Shown piece after piece: positions 26,001 to 37,382 of a DNA stretch of 64,000 nt; the stretch's first letter is position 1, and each line of letters opens with the position of its first letter. The notes under the pieces are model-generated. The model had not been told where the DNA came from. It searched no databases and saw only the letters and a list, made by a program, of their open reading frames with translations. The position numbers were made by a program, and so were the translations under genes. Source of the stretch: Chlorokybus atmophyticus. Its lineage: Eukaryota; Plantae; Mesostigma and Chlorokybus algae. Where the stretch lies: positions 280,900 to 344,899 of the forward strand of contig RHPI01000003.1 of NCBI GenBank assembly GCA_009103225.1, in the 5' to 3' direction.

Positions 26001-28126
26001 GAAGGAGGAAGGGAAGGCACGCAAGTAGTTACAACTGACATCGACAGATTATGAAGAATGACGTAGTAGTTTGTTCTATTGCTACTTACCTGCACAATGG
26101 TCTCTGCGATGGCTGCGGCAGCCTCTCCAGCACCTGTCGTGCCAAACGACTTGATGCGTGAGTGCGTAAGTGTTCATCTCACAATGGTCTTACAACACAC
26201 AAGCACACTGTTGCGCACCGAAGAACAGTATGCGCTGCTCGGGTAGGCTCGACTTGGTCACGCGCATGGCCGACTTGAGCCCCGCAAGCACAATCGCTCC
26301 ACCGCACTAGCACAGCAGTCAGACACATTGCCATCACCTCACCACACAACATAGCAACAACCACACAACTGAACCACGTCCAGAGCGTGTCTCCCCACCT
26401 GTATGTCATCGTTGAAGCAGCACACTCGGTCCTTGTACCTGTCCAGCATCTTGAACGCATTCTCATTGGCAAAGTCCTCGAAGTGCATCACCATCTCCGG
26501 TTGCCATTCCTTCACCGCCGTCACGAAATCTTCAACAAACGCGTCGTATTGTTCTCCTCGCAGACGCGGTCCCTTCAGACCCGCGTACGAGGGGTCGTCG
26601 CGCAGAGTAGGGTTGTCCGTGCCGACGTCGAGACAGATGGGGAGGACCTGGGAGGGAGAGACGCCGCCGAGTCCGGAGTAGAGAAAGGACTTGCCCTCCA
26701 TCACGGGCATGCCTTCGAGGCCAGGGTGGAAGTTAGGTTGTATGGGCAAGTGTTGCTTTACGTGTTTGGATGCCAGTGTACAACCCCGCATTTGATGCAT
26801 CCACGATGCATTGCACACGTATAGTCACTAAACTAGCATACACACGCGCGCGCTAACACACATGCATTCAGTTGGAACTGTATTTCAGACACAAATGCAT
26901 GGCTCGTCACAAATACACGCAAATACGCACAAACACCCGTGCACACATGCACGCACGCGCACCCACACACCGTTGATGCCGAGATCACCGAGACCAAGGA
27001 TGCGTTCGCCATCCGTCACAATCACCACTTTGACATCCTGTAAAACACCAGCAACCCACAATCACCACCCACACACCACCACACTCACACCATCACCAAC
27101 CCACCTGGCTCTTCCATTCCCTGAACCTCTCCAGCATCCCCTCCTTATCTTCCCCAACAGCGACCATCCCAACATCATCCTTCCCCTTTCCTTGGGTAAC
27201 CTCACTCCACCTCTGCGCCGCCTCGGCCACGGTTGGCGTGTACACGTAAGGGAGGACGTCCTCCGTGCGTGACGCGAGGAGGCGGAAGAAGAGGTCGGGC
27301 TGGCGAGGGAGGAGCATGCGGGTGAGGTAGGTGTACTTGTCGAAGGGGGAGTCCTCGCCGTGGAGACCAGCGAGGAAGTCCTCGAGGACGGGGGTGTCAC
27401 CGGCTGGGGGCAGCATGCTGGGTGGGTAGGTGGGGTTTACTGGGTGGGTGTGGATGGGTGGACAGTCAAGTGCGTGGGATGGCGATGGGAGACGTTCAGT
27501 CCCAAATGTCACCTGGAAGGAGCATGCTGTTGGGTTGTGTGTGCATGCACGCGCCATGCCAGGACTAGAGTGTGTGTGGGGGAGGCGACTTCCGTGTGAT
27601 GGTTTATGTTTACGTGTGTGCTGTGCGTGTGTGGTGTGCCCTGCAAAGTCGTGTTGCATTCCCTTCACTTTGTCAGACATGCCCGGCCGTATACCGGTAT
27701 GTGTGCTTCTATCAACTTGACATGCGTGCATGTTCGCCTGTAGGTTGCAGTTCAACCACAGCCACAAGCGGAGAGTTGTATTTTAAGCTGCAGCAAAACC
27801 AACATGGCGTCACCCATGAAATGGAGTCCATGACAGCCTACATGATCTTGCAACTCGTAGCCCACAAACAGCGACAGCCAATGAAAGAAACACCATGAAA
27901 GGCATGACTTGGTGGTCTTGTGCTATGCCGCCAACAAACCCCCTGCTGTGCTGTCTTCTTAGCAGCATCGTGCAGCACAAGGACAAACCGCAAATCACTC
28001 ACGCATGAGAGACAGGCACACGTCAACAGCCACAACACGCAACAACCAACCTGTGTTTGCTAATCATGCACAAAGGCCTACTCACCGCAGTGCCTTGCGG
28101 AAAGATATCAAGAAGCGCGAGGACAT
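23076..28126 (-). CDS. Malic enzyme with two tandem ME modules in one spliced reading frame
   Basis: Module 1 (about 27417-25250): [42 protein letters not shown]. Module 2 (25089-23076): [58 protein letters not shown]. The modules are joined by a phase-0 GT-AG intron (25090-25178). First exon [14 protein letters not shown] (28126-28086) is tentative. Confidence 0.85.
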
Positions 28127-28456
28127 GCAAGACAACAAGCAGACGGATTCGACTCAGTCAGTGAGAAGCAGCCTTGCTTGCCCAACGGCCTGCCTTGAAC
28201 TTTGCGTGCAAAGCGGTACAATAATATCCTGTTGTGCTTTGAGCAGGCTGCGTGCCTGACGATGTCGCGCTTGGCTGCGGCAATAGCACGCGGATATCGG
28301 GAGCCAAATAGCGCCTGTGCATGCATTAGCTGTTAAACCTACACTAGATGATATCATGCTAATCTGTCGTTGACAACAGCGCAAGGTGAAGATGATGAAG
28401 CTATCATGAAGGGGTGTAGATGCTGCTGAGATGGTAAGGAGCATGCGCTATTATTT

Positions 28457-29007
28457 TGTGACGGGAGCAATAACAATAGGGGTATTACTGTAATCCAAGT
28501 TGTACCAAATACCTCATTCTGACGACTTCCCTTCTGAAAATCTATAGGTCATTTTGTTATGACTATGGTAATATAAACTTCAACAAGCAACAAACTCGGT
28601 TCCTTTCACGGTTCGTAAAAAAAAGGTATTAACATGTATGCTGATGCTAAAGTAGTGTTATCTTCACACAAAACGTGTCAGTTTGAGAGCAATCATACGG
28701 TTATTAACACTCCTCATTTTATACATGTGTTTTTTCCCCCATTAACATTTATGGTTTGTATGCGTATGTGGGTGAAACATATTTGTTGATAGATCAAACC
28801 TGAACCAATCAAGCCTAGTCCGAGTTTTTCCCAATGTAGAGGTTGTGGATTGGTACGTACCGATTGCAAATAGATTTGTGTTTGAGTTAACAACAGATTT
28901 TTTAAAGTTGAGATGTATAAGTTTCTCAATTTTTTTATCATTGCGATTATTGTATATCCCAATACTATCATATACATAAACATGCAGCATACAACTTTCA
29001 TGTCACA
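28457..29007. mobile_element. Possible solo-LTR remnant related to the LTRs at 36867 and 43311
   Basis: tgtgacgggagcaataacaataggggtattac (from 28457) is nearly the reverse complement of the last ~32 bp of those LTRs. AT-rich body with a candidate gtcaca end at 29007. No convincing TSD. Confidence 0.35.
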
Positions 29008-30915
29008 TCAATACATAACATTTTGTACATCCATGTTGTACAATTACATCAACATTAAACAATACGTGTACCGTGTACGTCTATAGAAGCAGCCCCTAAG
29101 GTTGTCACAATGCACGTCCGTCTACCTGGTCTCTCATGGCGAAAACGGCATCACGCCGGTCTGCTCGTGGGCGACCATAAATCCCACCTTGGGCAGCAAC
29201 AAGAGCATGGTGGACACATTGCATTTTTACTCGTACTATTAACTTTATAACCACATACAAACTCGCGCACACACATGCACGTCCATACGTATCAATTGCC
29301 CCCATCTGCGCACCTGCGCGCAGAAATGCACATATGCGCATATGGGCATGCGTATGCTAGTTCATACGCATACGCGTGCACACATGCGTGTAGGCACACG
29401 CACAGACTCATATGATTCTATACTTAATGTACAGTACAATGATGCACATTTATATATGTGCTCGAGTATGTATATGTTGATAGTATCATGTTTAAGGAGT
29501 AACTAAAAATATATAAGCACGCATACACGCGCGTATGCACGCACACGCAAATGTAGACAAGTACACATACATATATGAATGTATACGTGTGCCTCAGGCT
29601 CTCGTACCCAGTAACCTGGCAGCATTCCTCTGACACCATAATTATGCATGAAAGCATACACGCAGTTGCGCGTACACAAGGGTGCACGCAGAGAAAGTGT
29701 AAGCACACTGACAGCTTGCATAAAATGGACGCGCTCAAATAGTGAGCGAGCTAAGCATGGCATTGTAGTTAGCTAAGTAAGGCTATGGTAATGCATGTGA
29801 CATTTCATATGATGCACGTTAGGTTAAAACCTGTTTAAGTGACCATGTCCGACATCATCATAGAGCTGCTATTGGCAGGCTCAGGGTACGGATGCTACGG
29901 CAAAGCACGCAAGCCGTGCAACAAATGCTGCAGACGAGTCAGTTTGACAACCTGGCATGATAACAGACAAGATCAGCCCAGCTTCATGCCCGTAGTACGC
30001 GTTATATGTTTAATGCCTTGTCACCGCCCATGAGCTTTGCCTTCCCGCTGTGCATAAGTTGAGGAGCTTTGGGCAGTGCACTGCTTGAAACATGTGCGCT
30101 GTTAAACATGCTTATCATGTTCAAACTGCTTGGTACAAGCACAATATGTGTCATCTCAACACATGGCAATACAGGGGTGATTTTTGCCAAGGTAAATACA
30201 AGAGTTTACCGCGTGTAGCTCTCGTTGCCAATTGACTCGCCAGTTTCTTATTCACAATTGCCATGGCGCTAACACAATGCAGCTACAAAAGGCACCAACA
30301 AGTGACCCGCGAGTTAGCGAGTAGTACCTCCACAGGCTTGCCTTGACACTCAGCCGCTTAATGATGTTTTTGGGTTTGGATTGGTTTGTAGCGGCGCGCG
30401 TTGGGTCCGGCCTTGTTCCTGAACTAGTCAAACTGCGCCTTACTAATTACTGGTAGTCGCCACCAACGGAGCCTCCATCTGCACGTGCTTGTCACACAAG
30501 AGGAGGAGAGAGTCTATTATTGCATACATCTATGTGTACAATTGCCATCATATGCTGTGCTGCTCTCAACACTGAATCTCGCAGCAGGGCGGGAAGGGGA
30601 AGGAGTCTTTACAGGTTTGGTACTGCTGGGGTTTGAGGATTAAGCCTAGGTTGAAGCCTTACCATTAGTATTGATGACAAACCTGTGATGCTACCACCGA
30701 ATGCATAAGACAGTGAAGCAACATTACATGCATGATACATGCATGCCATGTGTAAGAGCAATTGCAAGCGCACCCGCAGGAACGGGTTGAGCGTGGAGCC
30801 GACCTTGAAGAACACCAATACGTTGTCCATTGTGTTGCGCTGCGGCTCGCACATACGAGGGAAGGTTGAGCGATTTAATTGTGACAACTCTTCAGCATTA
30901 ATCACGCACAACGTT

Positions 30916-33900
30916 TGTAACGATGCTCGTGCTAACATACACAGCACACAAATCATACAACACATGTGTGCACACTGAGCACAGTCTTCACACCGGAACC
31001 TTGCCTTCCCTCGCGCATACGCATGCGTTGAGCGCGCACACGCACACGAACACTACTACTTCTCACACCAAGCAAGAACGCAATAGTGTGCATTGGATCA
31101 CGCCTCTCTCAAGCATACACCAGTATACTCCCAGCAGAGAGCAGAAAGCAAAGTTGGTTGTATTACACAGGGTTTTCCTATTTATACCAGCACCAACTAA
31201 GCAGGATAATAACCAGGCATTCTGTTCATGATTCACCAAATTTAAAGGACTGTATAAGTGCAGGTTGCTGCCCCTTGTGTCGGGTACCTTTCACGCGGCA
31301 GCTGACTGTGCACTCCGCGTCGTAAGGTACTGCACAGCAGGTAGCTGACTGCGAAGTCCGCGTCACCGGGCACAGTCTAGTCAGGTGTGACGTCACATGC
31401 CGCGGCAGTCACGTCGCTATTGGCTCGGCGGCAAGCACGTCGCAGGTTGGCAGCTGCTGGCGAAGGCGAAGTCGCGCGCTGCAGTAGAGCCAACGCCAGA
31501 AGGGCCTAATAAAGCCTTACAAAACCCTTTAATCAGCCAGAAAAGGGTAAAACACATATTATACATGCACTAAAATATGGAAAAGGGTCCAGGCTGTTAC
31601 ACCCCTTCCCCCTTGGGGAAGCTTCGCCCTCGAAGCTGACGAGTACCTCCCTTGGCCTTGTACTCCTGCAAAATCTGTTTGGCGTTGGTGAAACTCTCCT
31701 CGGGTTCATACGTTGCCTCGTGCATGGGATAGCAGCGCCACTTTACCAAATACTTGCGCACACCTCCCACCAGCTTATCCTTGACAATTGCCTCCACCTC
31801 CCACTCAGCTTGGCCCTCACGAACTAAAACCGGAGGCGGGCGAGGTGGCGGCTCCCCCTTGTAAGCTTTAAGGAGCGAGACATGAAAAACGGGGTGCACG
31901 TGCAAGGTATCGGGCAGCTCCAGCTTGTACGCTACCTCTGAGATGACCTTGATTACATTGAAACGCCCCAACCATCGCTCACTCAACTTGCGCACACCTG
32001 TGACCAGCTGCACATGCTTCGTAGAGAGCATCACACGATCACCCTCCGAAAAGATAACATGCTTGCGATGTGCATCGGCGTATTGCTTTTGCCTGTTTTG
32101 TGCCATAATTAGAGCCTCACGAGCTGCCTTGGTAATGTCTGCACACGTCACAAGAAAGCCATCCACGGCCTCCACGTTGGAGCTTTGCATGCTAGGCACC
32201 CACTCCGTCAATGGCGTCAAAGGATGTTGCCCATAGTTCATGAGGAAAGGTGTCACACCCGAGCTTGCACTTTCGTGGTTGTTGATGGTGAACTCGGTCA
32301 GCTCCAGCATGTCTCCCCAATTGTCTTGACGGCTGTTCACATAGCACCGTAACATGTCCTGGATCACGCGGTTGGCGCGCTCAGTTTGGCCGTCCGTTTC
32401 GGGGTGGTACGCGGTGCTGAACTTCAAACTCGTGCCTAGAGCTGAGTGGAGAGCTCTCCAAAAGTTGCCAATAAACCGCGGGTCTCTGTCACTTGCAATG
32501 CTCCTTGGAAAGCCATGAGACCGCACCACATGCTTGATGAACAACTTGGCAGCCTCCAGAGCCGTGCAAGTCTCCGTACATGGCGCCAATCGCACCATTT
32601 TGCTGGTCTTGTCCACAAACACCAAAATAGCATTATGTCCTTCGCGTGCGTGGCAGCCCCGTAATGAAGTCGAGAGTAACTTGCTCCCACTTCGTCAAAG
32701 GTATCGGCAATGGTTGGAGCAGCCCGCTGGTGCGTTGATTGCTCGCCTTCACCCTTTGACAAGTGTCGCACAATGCCACATAGTCTTTAACATCACGATG
32801 CATCTCCGACCAGAAAAATCTCTGTTCAACAAGGCCAACGTCCGTTCCAGCCCTTGATGACCAGCCATTGGCACGTCATGCGCTTCTCGCATCAATGCTA
32901 CGCGCATAAGCGCAATGTTGGGTATGTACATGCGATCGCCATGCCATAGCAGCCCCTCCTTCAATGCCCAAAGGCCACTATGCTCAGACCCATTCTCCAG
33001 CGCCTTGATAGTCTTGTCACCTACCGCGTCCTCGTGCAACAAGGCTCGGATCTGATCCAACCACGCTGGCTGCACTTGCACCACCGTTTCGAGCGCATTG
33101 AGTTGGCGACTCAACGCGTCCGCCGCCTTGTTTGAAGAGCCGGGCTTGTACTTCACTTCAAAGTCAAGGAGTTGGAAGAACTCGAGCCAACGAGCTTGCC
33201 GACGCGAGAGATGAGGCTGGGTTTGAAGGTACCTCAATGGCAAGTGGTCCGTTCTAAGTGTGAAGCGCTTGCCTTTCAGGAAACAACGCCATTGCCGCAG
33301 CGCTAGCACCTGCGCCAACAATTCCTTCTCATGAACGGGGTAATTGAGCTCAGATCCGCTCATCTTCTTGCTGAAATAGGCCACCAGTTGCAAGCCGTTG
33401 CCGTGATCTTGCTGCAAAACTGCCCCAATGGCCTTGTCGGACGCATCGCACGCCACCACGAAGGGCAATTGCATGTTGGGATGCAGCAGCACGGGAGCCG
33501 TTGTTAGGGCCGCTTTCAAGTCAGAAAATGCCTTTGTTGCAGCCTCCGACCAGCTCCAAGCCACCCCCTTTCTTAGCAACGCCGTCAATGGTGCCGCCAA
33601 GTGCGAGAAGCCCTTCACAAACTTGCGATAGTAGCCGGCAAGCCCTAGGAACGACATGACCCCCTTCACGTCCTTTGGAGTAGCTCAATTGCGCATCGCG
33701 GCAATCTTGTTCGGGTCCGCCTTAATTCCTTGCTTGGATACAATGTGGCTAAGGTACTCTACCTCCTCAAGCAAGAAGCGGTACTTGTTGAGCTGAGCAA
33801 ACGCCTTATGTAGACGTAAACGCTGCATCACCTTGCGTAGCAACACCACGTGCTCCCTCTTGCTCTTCGTGTACACAAGGATGTCGTCGAGGTACACTAG

Positions 33901-35830
33901 CACACCCTTGCCGATCAGATCAGCAAAGACCTCATTCATCAAGGTTTTGAAAGGTTGCCAGAGCGTTTGTCATGCCAAAGGACATCACCAACCACTCGTA
34001 GTGGCCGTGGCGAGTGTTAAAAGCCGTCTTCTCAACGTCTTCAGGTGCAACACGGATCTGGTGGTAGCCACCAGCTAGGTCCAAGCTTGAGAAGAACTCG
34101 GCACCCTCGAGCTGCTCCAACAACTCATCAATGCGTGGCAAAGGGAACACATTCTTTTTGGTGATGTTGTTGAGTGGCCGATAGTCGATGCACATGCGCA
34201 AGGCTCCGCTCTTCTTACGTACAAATAGGATAGGTGCACTATAAGGAGACTTGCTGTGCCTGATGTACCCACGTTGTAGAAGGTCCTCGACTTGGTTCCT
34301 CACCTCTTCGAGCTCAGCCGGAGACAATTTGTACAACGGTCTGTACGGCGGCTTGTGCACGCCCGCTATCAGCTCCACACGGTGATCAACACTTTGCGTG
34401 GGTGGCAGACCAGCTGGTAGCCCATCCACCATGACGTCTTTGAACTCCTTAAGCAACTTCTGCACCTTGGGGTCCTCCGAACTCTCCGAAACAGCGCCGA
34501 CCAGCTCCAAGTTCGACTTGGGAGGTGTCTCACGCACCATGGACAGCCATGCATCCTTCACAACGTTCCCGGACCAGATCTGTCTCCATCTCGGTCTTAG
34601 AAACTCGTGACACCAGCTCCGGAACCTCTCCCCTTGAGCTAGAAGCATGTAGTGGTGTAGCTTGCTGGCGCGCCTTCGTGTCGTGCGCGTCATGCATATT
34701 CAGCACATTGCTAGCAGCCTCGACGCAGCTGACACGCTCTTGAACCACACACTCGCCTTGCATTGAAGCACACTAAAACCTCACCACCGGCTTCCGGGGC
34801 AGCGAGCACGCGCTTTCTCCAATCAATGGCGGGGTTATGTGTCCAAAGCCAAGGCAGCCCCAAATTGCCATCAAAGCCATTGTTCAGCTCGATGCAGCAA
34901 AAGCATAGGCGATCCTTCATCATCCCCATGTGCATCTCAAGCTCTTTGCTTTGCTTAGAAGCTCCTCCTACTGGCGCATAGCCGTCCGCTAGAGCCACCG
35001 AGCCAGCATTTGCCCATGACAGCCACTTGTGCCGACGCGCAACCTCACGACTCATAAAGTTGCTGTTCGCGCCGCAGTCCACTAGCATCTTACACTCCAT
35101 CCAAGGCCCATTGCCCTCCAAGATTAGAGCCATGACTCCAAACAGCTGCCTCGCCTTGTCGGGCACACGAACCATACCGCTTTGCGTTGCCATTGCGCAC
35201 ATGCCGCCAACCGTCAACAATGCTTCCACGCCAGCCGCTGGACCTTCAACATCATAGTGAGGCTGCATCACCACCCCAGCAGGAGCCTCTTCAGCTACTT
35301 AGGTGAGCCGTTTCCCGGCTGTAACATATCCTCCTCCACCATGTTCACGCGTCCACCGCCGCGAGCGTTGCGGGCATGTGCAGCAGACTTTGCTTTGAAG
35401 ATGGGGCATCTGGAGCGCACATGATCAGCGGAAGAGCACTCCCAACACTTCTAAACTGCCTTGGAATCTTTTCGACCCCTTGTCCCCTTCTTGGAGACAT
35501 GGAGAGCACCCAACTCCATTGGAATTGGCCCCGAGCCAGCCCCATGAGCTGCTACAGCTCCCGAACCAACCCCAACAGATGCGTACGAGCGATACGAACC
35601 TCCACAATGAGGAAGGTCGAGGGTCACGCTGTCTCGGGCCGCTGCAGGGAAAGACATGCTGGCTCGCCCCTGTGCTGCAACATGTTGTAACATGTAGCAA
35701 AAGTAAAAGATAACCCAGCTCGTATGGCAAGGAGTGCTTGGTGGAGCTGCTCCGCTGTCGCTGAATAACACGGACATGTGCAGGCGGTGTCCTCCTTGTG
35801 TGCATGCTGTGCTATAGGACACACAGTCAA
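30916..35830 (-). mobile_element. Ty3/gypsy chromovirus remnant (element C), 5'-truncated in gag
   Basis: gag end with PMELG and zinc knuckle CWECSSADHVRSRC (about 35390-35530), protease LVDCGANSNF, RT (YRPLNN, VYLDDIL), RNase H (ACDASD), integrase (SDRDPRF, HPETDGQTE) and chromodomain (WEVEAIV..KYLVKW). PPT aagggggaaggg precedes TGTAAC at 31601, with a candidate LTR 30916-31601 (TGTAAC...GTTACA). Several frameshifts. Confidence 0.85.
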
Positions 35831-35876
35831 CAAGCCACCCCCCTTAAGCTTCTGGGGAAGTTCCAGCTCCAGAGAC

Positions 35877-36861
35877 TCAGTTGTTAACGCAGGTGAGGAA
35901 GGCCGTTGGTGCGGCAATCGTCGCACTAGTACTCCTCCATGGGTATTGCGTCCAATGGGGGCTCCAGACAGTAGCAATGCAGGCCCTTGATACAGCCATC
36001 GCATAGCACCATGAGTACGTCATCGCCGGCGCTGCCGCAGCGTTTACAGCGTATGCTGCGGGCGGGGCGAGGGTGTTGGGCGCAAAGCCAGCTATGTAAG
36101 AAAGGTGACATGGCGCGCAGTCCACCATGTTGTCTTTCACTTTCTCGCCGTTTTTATCGAGGAGGTCCAGCACTCCTGTGGGGTACACCTTAAGTACCTT
36201 GTAGACGGTGCACCCCACGAAGATGTCGAGCGTGTCCTTGGTGGCTACCATGCGGTATGCAAAGTCCCCTGCTTGACACCGCCGTTGGCGCTCCTTGTAG
36301 AAGCCGCTCCGCACGCGCTCGTAGCGCAGGGTGTCGCGGTGCTGTGCGATGCGTAGGTTGTTGAAGGCCATCGGGACGGTGTGCTCGAACAGCGCGGCGC
36401 GTGTGGTAATGTTGTGGTGCATCCGGTTGGGATCGTCGAGGTTGTTCACCACACGATCTACTTCCTGTGCACGAAAGGGAAGCAATGGCGGACGCCCGAA
36501 CAGCAGGTAGTATGGGCTGTACTCGCGCAGAGCCACCTGCTTTGACAATTGGTATCCAAGGGCCACCCACGGAAGGTTGTCGTCCCAGGTGTTCTTCTCA
36601 TATTCCAGCACGTACTTGCGGAGTGCCTTCTTAATTGTCTGCACTATACGCTCAGTGAGACGGTCGGCTTGGGGGTGGTCACGCGAAGTGCGGCGATGAT
36701 CGATGTAGCATCTGTCCAACAAGGTGTTGAACTCTCCTCTGAACTCAGTGCCTTGGTCGGTAATGACCTCAGCGCAGCTGCCGAACCGGCTGAGGACATG
36801 GGAGAGGAAGGCTTGAGACACCCCCCTGCTGCTTTTGTCGGGTAATGGCACCAGCTCCACC
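35877..36861 (-). pseudogene. Element A integrase core, 3' part (5' part at 43835-44300)
   Basis: RYILVMIEHFSK (43830s) continues as WVELVPLPDKSS...ITDQGTEF...HPQADRLTER across the element B insertion. Confidence 0.9.
35890..36111 (-). pseudogene. PHD finger at the C-terminus of the element A integrase
   Basis: [45 protein letters not shown] fits the C4HC3 pattern. The in-frame TAG stands where Trp is expected. Confidence 0.85.
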
Positions 36862-36866
36862 CATTT

Positions 36867-37382
36867 TGTAACAGCACCACCGTCGCCGGTGATGCCCCTT
36901 CAATCCTCTACCCCAACACCCACACCGCCTACGACAAGCCTTTCAGCGGCGTGCCCGCCATTGAGCAGAGAACTGAAAAATGGAGATCACATCAGTTTGA
37001 TGTGACCTTTTATAACAAGAATATATCAGATATATACCTCTCGATAATTAATTCACAACTAGACATCGACCCTACAGATAGGGTAGTTAGGAAATCTAGC
37101 ATGAGCCAATCACAGCTCAGATAAGGTACCTATCGATAAGGTACTTAACGTAAGGTACCTAACGAGATAGTGATCACATTTTATCAGATGTGACACTAAA
37201 TAGGCTTCAATAAGCGGTTTTACACCCATTGGGACTTATTTAAGCTATGATAAAGCATTATAGCCTTTAATAAGCGAGGAACCGTAGAAAAGAGGTATAA
37301 ATAAGCATATTCAGGTACTTATTCATACAAGATAAGTTATTTGGGTAGCAATAATACCCCTATTATTATTGCTCCCGTTACA
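36867..37382 (-). repeat. 3' LTR of element B (516 bp)
   Basis: Direct repeat of 43311-43829 with TG...CA ends. Confidence 0.93.

Noticed and set aside
28452-28784. TATTT as a TSD defining a 323-bp solo LTR
   Set aside because: The right end lacks the inverted terminal hexamer, and TATTT is likely by chance in AT-rich DNA.
29100-30900. Short exon-like fragments between the malic enzyme gene and element C
   Set aside because: Could not assemble a frame or recognise a domain.
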